Shown here: piece after piece, positions 13,995-27,841 of the stretch | Layout of the letters: each line of letters opens with the position of its first letter | How positions within the stretch are numbered: the first letter of the stretch is position 1 | Source: Eledone cirrhosa | Taxonomy: Eukaryota | DNA length: 64,000 nt | Reading direction: 5' to 3' | NCBI GenBank assembly: GCA_964016885.1 | Contig: OZ024741.1 | Coordinates: forward strand, 276,086,001-276,150,000 | Made by a program: the position numbers and the translations under genes | Notes under the pieces: generated by a model | The model's database searches: none | The model's input: the letters and a program-made list of their open reading frames with translations, nothing else | Told to the model about the DNA's origin: nothing

Positions 13995-14275
13995 CCCTTT
14001 AGCATTTACATTACTCTATATTCACAATTGTATTTTCATAGTAAACACTTTATCTCACATAGCATTTACATTACTCTATATATACTATTGTATTTTCATG
14101 GTAAACACTTTGTCTCACATGATTATCTCACATAATATTGAATCTATGAGATTTTGATATTATTTATTTTGAGAACAATACCTTAATGTCAGTATGCGAG
14201 GCCAGTTATAGCCCGTTTGAACAGAAAGAGGTGTGAGAATTCTGGCCGGATATGGCCAGTTTAAATGCTAAAGGG
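13995..14275. mobile_element. piggyBac-type MITE (TIR ccctttagcattta)
   Basis: TTAA-CCCTTTAGCATTTA ... TAAATGCTAAAGGG-ATAA, with an internal ~60-bp duplication. Confidence 0.8.
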
Positions 14276-14848
14276 ATAAGGATGCAGCTTGATAGTATAG
14301 TAAATAGTTGGGTCAGGTTTTTTATATTTCGAGTTGGTCTTGTTTAGTAAGTGGTTGTAAATTGAATGGTCAAGTTCATATAATTTTTTAGGTGACTGTA
14401 GGTAGAATAGTCAAGTTTGTATAGATTGTTAGTTGTTGGTCTTGTTTAGTAGGTGGTTGTACAAGGGTCGGCTGAAAAGTTCATTGGCTGACTATGAAGG
14501 AGTGATGCTAGAGCTGTGAAATCTTGCATGCATTAATTTCAACTTTTCTTATTAATAACTGCATTGTTTCTTTTCAGGAACTATGCTGAAAAATAAAACT
14601 CTGTAGTATTTTCTATGTCTCTACTTAATTTGTTCTGAAAAGGATTAGAATATTTGTGGAAGGAAATGTTTGTGATTAGGTTAAGAAGATCATTCAAAGT
14701 CATTCCCCTTGGGTGGGTAACTCCTTGATTTTAGGGTGGAAATATCAGTTGTACCTCATTATATATATAAGCATTAAAAAAATGTAAAATGATGATGATA
14801 TATTCTCACCCTTTTTTACCCACACATCACTTCTTTAAATCCCACCAC

Positions 14849-15472
14849 ACTTGTCATACATTCATGATGTCCTACGTGTCATACACTCATGACGTCGTAT
14901 TTGTCATACAGTCGTGACGTCAAACTTGTCATACACTCGTGACGTCGTGCTTGTCATACACTCGTGCGGTTATGCTTGTCATACACTCAGCGTCATACTT
15001 GCCATGCACTCATGACGTCATACTTGCCGTATATTCATGACGTCATACTCGTCGTATATTCATGACGTCATGCTTGTCATACACCATGACGTCATACTTG
15101 CCATACACTCAAAACGTTATACTTTCCATACACTCATGACGTCATACTTGCCATATATCCATGACGTCATACTTGTCATACAATCATGACGTTATACTTG
15201 TCGTACACCCATGACATACTTGTCATACAATCATGACGTCATGCTTGTCACACAGTCATGCCATCATATTTGCCATATACTCATGTCATACTTGCCATAC
15301 ATTCATGATGTCATACTTGTCATACACTCATGCCGTCATACTTGTCACAGTCATGACATTGTACTTGTCGTACATTCATGACGTCATACTTGTCATACAT
15401 TCATGACGTCATACTTGTCGTACACTCATGACATCATCCTTGCCATACATTCATGACATCATACTTGACATA
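14849..15472. repeat. ~25-bp minisatellite (cttgtcatacactcatgacgtcata), ~24 copies
   Basis: Seen directly; about 10 units carry a perfect TGACGTCA. Confidence 0.9.
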
Positions 15473-15599
15473 CCCCTCCCCATCTATTTTCACTGTACTC
15501 TCTTATTTCCCTCACCCCCACTAAACACAGCTCACTTGTGCACGATCATCTCCTTGCCCATCCAAGCATAGGGTACAGAGGGTTCTATGGCTGACAACC

Positions 15600-16293
15600 C
15601 CCCATGAGTGGCTTGTGAAAGCTATACAAGCCATAGCTGAATCTATGGCAGAATTAAAGAAGAAATTCCAAATCTGGAAAGATGGCCTAGAATCAAAAGG
15701 TCTTAAAGTTAACTGTCAAAGACTAAAGTTCTAGTACGTCAAGAGGAAAATAGGGCCCAGATTCGCTCTGGGAAATGGCTTTGCTCAGTGTGCAGGAAAG
15801 GATTAGGTAAAAATTCCATTCTATGTCCCAGTAGCAAATGCCCAGACAGTCTATAGAAATAGTCAACACTTTCCATTACCTGGGTGATGAAATCAGCAGT
15901 GGAGGAGGGTGTTCAGAAAGTACAGTAGCCAGAGTAAGAACAGGGTGGAGGAGGTTCAGAGAGCTGCAACCACTGCTAGCTATAAAAGGTTTTTCCCTTA
16001 AAATGAAGGGCAGATTGCATGATGCATGTATTTGAACAACAATGTGAGACCTGAGCACTGCATGCAGAGGACCTGCAAATATTGGAAAGAAATGAAGCAT
16101 GCATGCTCTGATGGATGTGTAATAGTAATATACACGAACAGCAAAGCGTAAATGAACTAAGTGAGAAATTAGATATAAGAGGGATCAGATGCAATATACT
16201 AGAGAGGAGATTGCATTGGTATGGTCACATGATCTGCATGAAAGATGACAGCTGCATAAAAAAGTGCAGGGCAATCCAAATTGATGGTAGCTA
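15600..16293 (+). mobile_element. Degenerate RTE LINE 3' coding fragment
   Basis: EIVNTFHYLGDEISSGGGCSES..RVRTGW, homologous to 25874-26344. Confidence 0.85.
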
Positions 16294-16640
16294 GGATGAA
16301 AGGCAAAGTTAACCTCGGCGGGATTTGAACTCAGATCTTAAAGGGACGTAACTATGCTGGAAAGCATGGCGTCCGACCCTCTACCGATACTGCCAATCCA
16401 CCGCCGTTTTATAATAATAATAATAATAATGGTTTCTTATATTGGCACAAAGCCAGCAATTTTGGGGGAGAGGAAAATCGATTAAATCAACCCCAGTGCA
16501 CTACTGATGCTTTATTTTATCGACCCTGTAAGGATGAAAGGCAAAGCTAACCTCAGCGGAATTTGAACTCAGAACACAAACAGCCATAACTCTATGCTGC
16601 AAAGCATATTGTCCGACGCTCTACCGATACTGCCAATAAT
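16293..16640 (-). mobile_element. Two adjacent tRNA-derived SINE copies
   Basis: Shared core ggatgaaaggcaaag..aacctc.gcgg.atttgaactcag, with the B box GAGTTCAAAT on the minus strand. Further copies near 22255-22400, 41620-41735, 45780-45910, 46556-46665, 51290-51385 and 53160-53365. Confidence 0.8.
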
Positions 16641-16930
16641 GAAAATTATTATGTACCATGCTCAGGTGCACCTACAACTCATCAAAGGTGCATGTATAGT
16701 ACATAGAATAATGTATAAATGTCAGGAAAGTAAACAGTGTATGAGACACATGCACACACACATGCTTGCATGTGTATGGAGGGGAATATCAGGTGTAGTG
16801 TTGGCGAATTTCAGGAAGCATGGAAGTTTTGAAGGATGCAGTGTCCCAACAGCTAACAACTGATGCAGATAGTTTGTTCCATGCTTCAGCAACTCTGAGT
16901 GTGAAAAAATGTTTCTGAAAGTCATGAGAG
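16640..16930 (-). mobile_element. CR1/L2-like LINE 3' end fragment
   Basis: Reverse-complement homolog of 58115-58400. Confidence 0.75.
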
Positions 16931-16964
16931 TCGTACTTTATTTATACTAAAAATAGAAATGACA

Positions 16965-17230
16965 GTCACTTTACAGAGTGTACCAGGTGCATTTTATTGT
17001 TTCATCAGCACAATCACATTACAAAACATTATAAAGTGAACTGGGTATATTTTATCACAGCAACATCACTACCACTTCACAGTGTGTACTGGGTGCATTT
17101 TATCATGGGACCAGCACTACCACTTTATAGAGTGTACTGGATGCATTTTATCATGGCACTAGTACGACTATTTACAGAGTGTAGTGAATACATTTTATCA
17201 TGGTACCAGTCCCAACATTACGGAGTGTAG
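16965..17230 (-). repeat. Diverged array of ~48-bp units related to the large satellite
   Basis: Repeated ccactttacagagtgtactgggtgcattttatcatgg.acc. Confidence 0.65.
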
Positions 17231-18084
17231 CAGCAATGTGGAGAGTGGGCAACATCCTGTCCTTCAAATCACATTGCCCAGGCTTGTATCCAGCCACTCC
17301 ATTCTACCAGTGGACAGATTACTGTAAAAATTAGAACAAGGTCAAGGACTTTGATTTTTAATATGATATTGTCACGATAGTATTTTATATTTTTCAAGAA
17401 TTAGGATTTTTTTCAAAACACTGACGTGTATGTGTGTGTGTGTATATGCATATATTTATATGTATGTGTATATAAACGCACAAACATAGACACACTTACA
17501 AAAATATACTCACAGGCATACATTCACACAAACACACACATACATTTACACATACATTTACACAAACACACACATACACTCATACAGAGCATAGCAAATG
17601 GAACGCTAGCCACTGTTTTCCTATACATTTTCCCCATCCCCTTCCTTATTTTTACACACATACATTCACACAAACACACACACGCACACATATTGTGTGA
17701 CAGGCGGTCGGATGGAAGTTGCTCAAATTTATATATAGTTATCTCGTTAATGTGGATTCATATTGGATTCATATTTAAATGTTTATAGTATCTTTACTAG
17801 TGGACAGATTGTTGTAAAAATTAAAAAAGCAAGGTCAAGGACTTTAATTTTTAATGTGATATTGTTATGATAGCTTCTTATATTTTTCAAGAGCGTCTCA
17901 TTAACATACATTCATACTGGGTTCACATTATACATGACATTAAGAGTTAAAAATATACAATCCTAGATTTGTGAGTAATATACTGTTGTGTTGTGCAGGG
18001 ATGGTTTATAGTATTATCAGCTGGTTGAAGAGGATATTATTGTTGTTAGGTAGAGGAAATAGATGAAACTTATGTCATGTGTGA

Positions 18085-18200
18085 AGTCACATGGCTGAGT
18101 GGTTAAAGAATTGGATTCGCAATCATGAGGTTGTGAGTTCGATTCCCAGACCAAGTGATGCGTTTGGTCCTTGAGCAAGACACTTTATTTCACATTGCTT
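18085..18200 (+). mobile_element. tRNA-derived SINE head with CORE-like segment
   Basis: A box TGGCTGAGTGG (18092-18102), B box GAGTTCGATTCC (18135-18146), then ccttgagcaagacacttt. Confidence 0.8.
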
Positions 18201-18646
18201 CTTCTGCCTGGATCTGCGTCCGATAAATAGTATTAGCAATTGAAAAGACCAAATGAAACATTGTTTCCTTGGTCCGATTTAACGTTCTCCTCCCCACTCA
18301 TTAAGCAAATGAGGTATGGGACCTTGTCGATCGACAGTCAATTTGCACTGTTCTTCTACCCGTGTGAGTGGTCACCTTGGAAGGAAAGGGGCTGAAAGCT
18401 GTGTGTTGTTTATGTTGTTCAAAAGTATTGAAGGAAGTAGTATAATGAGCTCAACATGTGTGTACATGTGTGTGTGTGTGTGTGCACAGGTATGTGCGTA
18501 TGTGTATGGGAGTATGTACATGTTCGTGTGTGTGTGTATTTATGCGTGTATGTGTGTGTGTGTATGTATGTGTATATATGTGTACATGGGTGTGTGTGTG
18601 TGTGTGTGTATAGGAGTATGTGTGTGTGTGTACGTATACATGTGTA

Positions 18647-18910
18647 TGTGACAGGTTGACAAGATGTGACAGGTTTGCAAGATGTGACAGGTTGACAAGA
18701 TGTGACAGGTTGATAAGATGTGACAGGTTTACAAGATGTGACAGGTTTACAAGATGTGACAGCTTGACAAGATGTGACAGGTTGACAAGATGTGACAGGT
18801 TTACAAGATGTGACAGATTAGCAAGATGTATCCAGTTGACAAGATGTGACAGCTTGACAAGATGTGACAGGTTGACAAGATGTGACAGGTTGACAGAATG
18901 TGACAGCTTA
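18647..18910. repeat. 18-bp minisatellite (gatgtgacaggttgacaa), ~14 copies
   Basis: Seen directly. Confidence 0.95.
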
Positions 18911-19231
18911 ACGGAATGTAATCAAGATGTATTGACTGCCTGTCAATGTGAGACAAGATGAATGGAAAGAAGAGAGAACTGACTCAATACATACATGCTT
19001 TGTCTCAAAATTGTTTTCTGTTACGTCCTCTCCTCATTCTCTAACTTACTATTTCTCATTCTATCTTCTGATGAAGGATTAGTGTTCAAAATGTAAAGAC
19101 TCTTTTCCTACTGTATTAAGCATAAAACTAATATATTTCTTCGGAGTATTTTGTTGTTTCTTCATAGTATTTTTTGGTTTCCATGCAAGCATGGATTAAT
19201 GGACTTAAAAATGATGATGACCATCATCATA

Positions 19232-19396
19232 TATATATATCATCATCATCATTTTACGTCCACTTTTCCCTGCTTGAAAGGGTGGGATGGGTCCTATGCA
19301 GCACAGCATCTCTCCAATTGTCACGGTCCTTCGTCATCTCCTCCGTGAGCTTCAGCAATCTGAGATCTGCTCTCACCACCTCCGCCCATGTTTTTC
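19232..19396 (-). mobile_element. RTE family A 3' end fragment with (GAT)n tail
   Basis: KTWAEVVRADLRLL..KDRDNWRDAV, with the same tail as 25300-25345. Confidence 0.8.
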
Positions 19397-19409
19397 GTAT
19401 ATATATATA

Positions 19410-20363
<954 letters not shown>

Positions 20364-20364
20364 T

Positions 20365-21213
20365 ATATGAAAAAGTAAGTCCTTCATCAGTGACCCTCCA
20401 ACCGTCCCAGGCATTTCATCGCTTTAAGGGCCATATACCTCAGGTTGGTGCGAACAACGACCAACCTGAGGTATATGGCCCTTAAAGCGATGAAATGCCT
20501 GGGACGGTTGGAGGGTCACTGATGAAGGACTTACTTTTTCATATGTATCCCATTTGCAACGCGCAGCTCCATTATTATCATATTTACACATATTTTTTCC
20601 TCTGCTGCCACCCGTCTGTTTCGTTCTTTGTATCTTTACCCTTTCTAGCAGTCTCTCTCTCTGTTAGCCTCCTCCTCAACTTTCACTCACTCATTCTCTG
20701 TCACTACCTCTTCTCCTCCTCCTCTTTCCTCCTCTTTCTTCCCGCTTGACCTGTCCGATTTCTTTTCTCGCGCGTTCTTGGCCAAGCCGGTATGAAATTT
20801 TTTTTCTCTCTCTCTCTCTCGTCTGCAACTTCACAGAACTTATGTTTACCGAATTGGCAGACCAGACCCCTTCTTCTTCCCCCCGTTAGACCTGTGCGAA
20901 ATTCCTTCCTTGCTCACATTTCAACCAGGTTTGATGGTCTTTTGTCTCATGTTCACGATTTCACCGAGTTTATATTCATAGAAATCTGGGACTTGTCTCT
21001 TTCTTCTCACTTTCTGTTGCTTAAACCATTTTGTTTGTTCATCCTAACGTCCCCTTTATTTACGTGTCCCAACGACTTTTTTTAGCCGTTGTTCACACCA
21101 ACCTGAGGTATATGGCCCTTAAAGCGATGAAATGCCTGGGACGGTTGGAGGGTCACTGATGAAGGACTTACTTTTTCATATGTATCCCATTTGCAACGCG
21201 CAGCTCCATCATT

Positions 21214-21220
<7 letters not shown>
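20365..21220 (+). mobile_element. Non-autonomous Penelope-like/retrozyme-like element: inverted repeat copy plus two direct ~125-bp repeats around a non-coding core
   Basis: 20365-20459 is inverted relative to the direct repeats at 20460-20583 and 21097-21220. Inserted in (TA)n. Confidence 0.7.
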
Positions 21221-21269
<49 letters not shown>

Positions 21270-21675
21270 TATGTGTGTCTATCTGTCTATCTGTCTGTGA
21301 AGGGCAGATAATATGATACATGTATTTGAACTACAATGTTGAATGGTAAAAAAGATTTGTGACAGCTAAAAAGAAATGGGGCATGCTGAATATGTAATGT
21401 GACTCAGCCTGAATAACAAAGGACAAGCAAACAGAGTGAAAAGTTGAAAGCAATGGTATGTGAATAAACCATCACATGTAATCCAGTAAAGTGGTGGTGG
21501 AGGAGACTGTATGGCAGCAGTCGCCAACTGGTGGTCCACGAGAGCATTTTGGTGGTCCGCAGAAAAATTTGGTGGTCCGCAGAAAAATTCGGACATTATT
21601 TGCAACTTTTATGTTTTATTAATAATAAAATTACTTATATGATTATATAAGCATTTATAATTTTGTTATAATTAA

Positions 21676-21865
21676 CCCTTTAGCATTTAAACCAGTCGTA
21701 TCTAGCCAGAATTCTCTCACCGCTTTCTATTCAAACCAGCTGAAACTGGCTACTCATACTCATGTTAAGGTATTGTTCTCAAAAGAATTAATATCAAAAT
21801 CTCATAGATTCAATATTATGTGAGATAATTATGTGAAATAAAGTGTTTGCCATGAAAATGCAGTG
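21676..21865. mobile_element. piggyBac-type MITE, one end only
   Basis: TTAA-CCCTTTAGCATTTAAACC; the body matches 52931-53148. Confidence 0.7.
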
Positions 21866-22431
21866 TCACACTATCTCCAGAAAAAGAGAAACCATATTTC
21901 ACTCAAACAACACCTCCTCTTACATATGAAAGAAGACAATAGATAAGAGATAATTGATTGTTTCACTAGCCTGATAACAGGTGATATATGGCCTGGTTTG
22001 TTTATTTACACATAAAATAAATTAGGAAGCTTTTGAAGCAAGGTTGTCATGACCCATTTCACTGTATCCCAGGCACTTAAGGGCCACTTGTGAGGCAATC
22101 AAGAGGCACTCAGGAGCCAGGTAGTGGTATTAAACAGGTGAATGGATTAAGTCTATCCCATAAATAAGCGACAGTGGAAATTGAACTAGGAAGAGAAAAA
22201 GAAAAAGCTGGGACAAATTTCACAATTACACCCCCTTGGAGTGATAATTCATCTTATCGAATCTGAAAGGATGAAAGGCAAAGTCAACCATGGTTGAGAC
22301 CTAAAGAGCAGAAAGCTAGATTAAATGCTGCAAAGTAGAAAGCTAGATTAAATGCTGCAAAGTATTTTGTCATACGTTCTCTAACAACTCTGTCAATTCA
22401 CTCCCTGAAATGTATATTATTCTAAAAAGTC

Positions 22432-23032
22432 TGTCTCAAGCCTGGAGGCTCACCAGTTCAGTACTTATCCTGGTTTCCATGACATGAAACGGCTGAGAGT
22501 ACAAAGCTTCTTCCCTGACAGGACACCAGTCCATCACATGGTTTTCCCCACCCCCACCCAGCTATTGCTTGTACTCATTTTCAGTTGCATACACTGGAGC
22601 AATGTGAAATGAAGTGTTTTGTTCAAGAACCACGATACACAAACAACCTAGTCTAGGAATTGAACACACATTATGAGCATAAGTCCAACATTCTTACCAC
22701 TAGATCATGCACCTCTACTTAATATTCTATATTACATATTCCATATTCTAAAGTCCGTCTCAAGCCTGGAGTCTGAAAAGGCCGGTACTTATCCTGGTTT
22801 CCTTGGCGTTAAGCGACTGAAAGTACAAGACTTCCCGCTGGACAGGACACCAGTCCATTGCAAGGTTAAACCCCCCAGTTATTGCTAGTACTCACTTTCA
22901 GCTGAGTATACTGCAGCAACATGAAATGAAATATTTTGCTCAAGAACACAACACACCAACAACCCAGTCCAGGAATCGAACCCATAACATTATGATTGTA
23001 AGTCCAACACCCTTACCAGTAGGCCACTCATC
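22432..23032 (-). mobile_element. Two tandem tRNA/CORE-type SINE copies
   Basis: 22432-22712 and 22752-23032 are homologous, with B-box complement ggaatcgaaccc. Relatives at 39812-39950 and 54105-54270. Confidence 0.75.
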
Positions 23033-23489
23033 TCCACATCTTCATAGAAGAACAACACTAAGTAATACATATGTTAATACCACAAAGTATTTTGTCATAG
23101 ACTCTCACAACTGAAATGTTAATATTGACCACTCCTCATTGGACATTAACTAAATTCTGTGATTTTGCCGCCAGACAATAAAAAACTTTCTCGTAACACT
23201 ATCTGGTGTTATTTTCAATAGAGTACATACACTATATATATATACACACATACACACACACACACATATATATATGGATTAGAGTAAACATCACGAGCGC
23301 TCTATCTCAAAATTATTTTTGATAAGCATTAGAAATGCGCAACCGGTAAAAACTTAAAACTAAAACTGAATACTAACCAATACTTATTACTAATTTATAC
23401 TTATTCCTAATTAAACTATTTTTCACTGGGAAAAATTTGTCAGCATTTTCTTTTCCTTTTACTAATATATATATAAATATATACATAAA

Positions 23490-25345
23490 GTGTGTCAGTG
23501 TAAATCAGCATGTTGTTGGAGATAAGTGCGTCCAAAATGATGCTGGTGTATTTAGTGTCACGAATGATCAGAAAAAGGAGGCCTGGAAATGTCATTTTGA
23601 GAGACTGATAAATGTGGAGAACAAATGGGAGAGAGAGAAACTACCCCCAGTAGACCCAACAGAGGGATCAGCTATTGAGATTGATGAATATAGGGTCCAA
23701 GAGGCAATTAAGGAAATGAAAAATGGTAAGGTCATTGGATCGTCGGGGATAATTACTGAGATGCTGAAGGCATCAGGAGAAGTAGGTACTAAACTGGTTG
23801 CATGCATCATCAATCAAGCTATATATGGCAGAATCATACCAAAGACTGGTGCAGCAGTATTCTCATAAATTGCTACAAAGGTAATGGGGATGCTCTGGAG
23901 AGGAGCAATTATAAGGGCATAAAACTGATGGATCAGGTTATGAAAGTGGTAGAAAGAATATTAACGCAACTAATTAGAGAAAGGGTCAAATTAGATGAGA
24001 TGCAGTTTGGTTTTGTGCCTGGGAAAAGTACAAGAGATGCCCTCTTCTTAGTGAGACAACTACAAGAGGGGTTCTTAGAGAAGAATAAGCCACTATACTT
24101 AGCTTTTGTTGAGCTAGAGAAGGCCTTTGATAGGGTACCCCAATCTGTCATCTGGTGGTCCCTAAGGAAACTAGATGAGAGGAATGGCTTATCAGGACAG
24201 TGCAAGCTATGTATAGAGGAGCTGTCAGTAAAGAGAGAGTAGGAATGGAGTTTAGTGAGGAATTCCAGATACAAGTAGGAGTTCATCAGGGTTCGGTCCT
24301 CAGCCCGCTCTTGTTCATTATAGTCCTCAAGCAATAACAGAGGAGTTTAAGACTGGGTGCCCATGGGAACTTCTCTATGCTAACTATCTGGTTCTTATAA
24401 CAAAATCAGTAGAGGAGCTAGAGAAGAAATTCTGGCTATGGAAACAGCAGTTGGAATCAAGAGGACTGAGAATGAACCTAGCTAAGACAAAAGTGCTAAT
24501 AAGTAGAAAAGAGGACAAAACCCTGATTCCATCAGGAAAATGGCCATGTTTGATATGTAGAAAAGGAGCTGGCATAAATTCTATAAAATGTACACAATGT
24601 AGATCCTGGGTGCACAAGAGATGTAGCAGGCAAACTAACAGGTAGGGAAAACTATGTATACAGTAGATGTACAGGGAAATTTGACTGTAGAAGTTGCAGT
24701 GATAGACACATTTTTCAAATGGGTTCTATAGAAATGGTTGATAGCTTCCGGTACCTAGGAGATCAGATTAGCATGGGAGGAGGGTGTTCCGAGGCCATAG
24801 TATCTGGAATAAGGATGGGTTGGAAGAAGTTTAGGAAACTGCTTCCTCTGTTGACAAAAAAGGGTTTCTTCTTGCGTATGAAAGGCCAGTTATATGATAC
24901 CTGTGGTGAGATGTGCGATGCTGCATGGTAGTGAGACATGGGCAGCAACTGCCGAGGATATGCGACGGCTGGAGAGAAATGAAGCAAGCATGCTCCATCG
25001 AATGCGCAATGTCAATGTGCGTGAACAACCAAGCATAGATGAGTTGAAAGAGAAACTGGGTATAAGAGGGATAAGTTGTAGTGTGCGGGAGTATGGACAT
25101 GTGATGTGCATGGAGGATGACCACTGGGTAAAGAAGTGCCAAGAAGTCGCAGTGGATGGAAGATGCAGTAGTGGTAGACCACGAAAAACATGAGTGGAGG
25201 TGGTGAGAGCAGACCTCAGATCGCTGAAGTTCACAGAGCAGATGAAAATGGACCGTGACAAGTGGAGAGATGCTGTGCTGAATAGGACCTGTTCCCACCC
25301 TTGCAAGCAGGGAAAAGCGGACGTAAAAATGATGATGATGATGAT
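23490..25345 (+). mobile_element. RTE LINE family A, 5'-truncated copy
   Basis: RT fragments highly similar to the copy at 9.7-11.5 kb; ends aaaagcggacgtaaaat(gat)n. Confidence 0.92.
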
Positions 25346-25432
25346 ACATATACATACATATATATGCATATATACACATACATATATATATGCATATATA
25401 CACATACTTATATATATGCATATACACATACA

Positions 25433-26955
25433 TTTATTATTGCCCTTCAGGCTATAACAGTGGAGTTCAAGACCGGCTGCCCATGGGAACTCCTATACGC
25501 AGATGATCTAACGCTCATAGCTGAATCAATGGCCGAGCTAGAGAAGAAATACCAAACATGGAAGCATGGCCTAGAATCAAAAGGGCTTAAAATTAACCTG
25601 GCTAAGACTAAAGTTCTAGTTTGTAGGAAAGAAAATAAGGCGACGGTCCCTTCCGGGAAATGGCCATGCTCAGTGTGTAGGAAAGGCATAGGTAGAAACT
25701 CCATTTTATGTCCCAAATGCAAAGTATGGGTGCATAAAAGATGTAGTGGGATCACAGGTAAGCTAACTAAGAACATAGATTTTACATGTGGCCGGTGCAC
25801 TGGTGCAATAAGTAGCAGCAAGTGCCCACAAAATACTAGCTCTTTCAATTGAGAAGAGGGTTCTATAGAAATAGTGGACAGCTTCCGTTACCTGGGTGAC
25901 AAAATCAGCAGTGGGGGAGGGTGCTCTGAAAGTACTGTAGCTAGAGTCAGAACTGGATGGAAAAAGTTCAGAGAGCTTATACAACTATTAGCCACTAAAG
26001 GGTTCTCCCTAAAAATGAAAGGCAGGTTGTACGATGCCTGCATACGAACAGCAATGTTGCATGGCAGTGAGACCTGGGCATTGTGTGCAGAGGATATATG
26101 CAGACTAGAGAGGAACGAAGCTTGCATGCTCCGCTGGATGTGTAATAGTAACATACGTGAACGGCAAAGCATAAGCGAACTAAGGAAAAAATTAGAAATA
26201 AGAGGGATCAGATGTTGTTTACTCGAGAGAAGGCTACGTTGGTATGGTCACATGATGCGCATGAAAGATGACAGCTGTATAACAAAGTGCAGGGCAATAA
26301 AGATAGACGGTAGCTACGGAGTAGGCAGACCCAGAAAAACCTGAGACGAGCTGATAAATTCCGACCTCACACACTTACACCTCTCCAAGACAATGTCACT
26401 GGACCGAGACCTTTGGCGGTACTCAGTAATAGAGAAGACCCGCCTTACCTAAATACAAAGTAAAACCTACTACAGTCAGTAGGCATCTCTAACAAAATAC
26501 ACCCCCGTCCCACCACCCCCACCCCATCCACACCGCCCCTTTCAATGTAAAGTTATGTTGGTGCCACAACATCCAGGCCGAAACAAATGAGATCGTGTAG
26601 GTGTCACGACAAAAAACACAGTCCACGCTGTAATGTGACCGTGTCGGCAACACGGTAAAAACCTCCCAGCTCCACACTGTAAATGTGGTTGGTGTTAGGA
26701 AGGGCATCCAGCTGTAGAAAACCCGCCAGACAGTCCACGCTGTAATGTGGCCGTGTAGGCAACACGGTAAAAACCTCCCAGCCCCACACTGTAAATGTGG
26801 TTGGTGTTAGGAAGAGCATCCAGCTGTAGAAAACCCGCCAGACAGTCCTATGCGAGCAAGACAATCACTCTTGCCTCAAGTGGGAAAACCCCCGTCCAAA
26901 CCCATGCAAGCGTGGAACACGGACGTTAAACGATGATGATGATGATGATGATGAT
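25433..26955 (+). mobile_element. RTE LINE family B, 5'-truncated copy with long composite 3' UTR
   Basis: GCPWELLYADDL, PHD-like finger, DSFRYLG, RRLRWYGH and GRPRKT motifs. The ~500-bp 3' UTR ends ggacgttaaac(gat)n. Confidence 0.92.
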
Positions 26956-26988
26956 CATTATATATATGCATATATACACATACATATA

Positions 26989-27841
26989 CAGGGTGTGGAC
27001 GACATCTATTCGCAATTTTCAACTGCTAATTTTTATGCAAATATTTTTTGCTTCCGCGTCACTCTTGTCTTCATAAAAACAGTGACTATATTTCCATTAT
27101 TTATTTTCAGAATAATTGATTATGAATAATTTTGAACCTCCAAATTTGTGGAAGAGACACGGAGATCAACTCCCAGAAGAACAGGTGGCTCGCTGTCTCA
27201 TCCAAAGACGTGCCCAGAGTCATGCAGACAAAGTTTCCAGCGACAACATTGGTCTTAGGTGTCGTCAGTAGTCAAGGTGACGTCTTGCCACTTCACTTCT
27301 TCCCTGAGGGCCTCAAGCTGAACACCGATGGCTACATCTGCGTTCTAAGCGAGATAGTAAAGCCCTGGATCGACCAGGTAGCTGCAGGTAGGCCGTATGT
27401 GTGGTAGCAAGACTCAGCGCCCTGCCATACCAGCCGAAAGACCCAAGCCTGGCTGTCAGAGAACTTCGTCGACCACACTTCACCTGACATCTGGCCTCCC
27501 AGCTCGCCTGACTGCAACCCCCTCTACTTCTTTGTGTGGGGTGCAGTGGAATGAGACACCGACAGATCTATCTAGCTGCAATACGAAAGACGATCTGAAG
27601 GCCAGGATCACAAGTGACCTTAGAGGCCTAAGTCGGGGGACAGTGACGAAGGCCTGTAGCCGGTTCCGAGGCCGCCTTGAGGCCATCATCAAAGCCATTG
27701 GCGGGTTTATCGAGTGAGATCGAAAGAACAAGTCATGAAGACAAACTGACCCAAGTTTGATAAATATATCTTAAAAAATAAAACTACTGTGTAATTTTTT
27801 CCTAGACAGTAATCTTGCGAACAAATATTGTTCGCACCTTG
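26989..27841 (+). mobile_element. DD37D (maT-type) transposon, internally deleted, copy 2
   Basis: Same TIRs, TA flanks and transposase remnant as 19410-20259. Confidence 0.92.

Noticed and set aside
18085-18150. tRNA gene
   Set aside because: A and B boxes are present, but there is no clean acceptor stem and it runs into a SINE body with several copies in the window.
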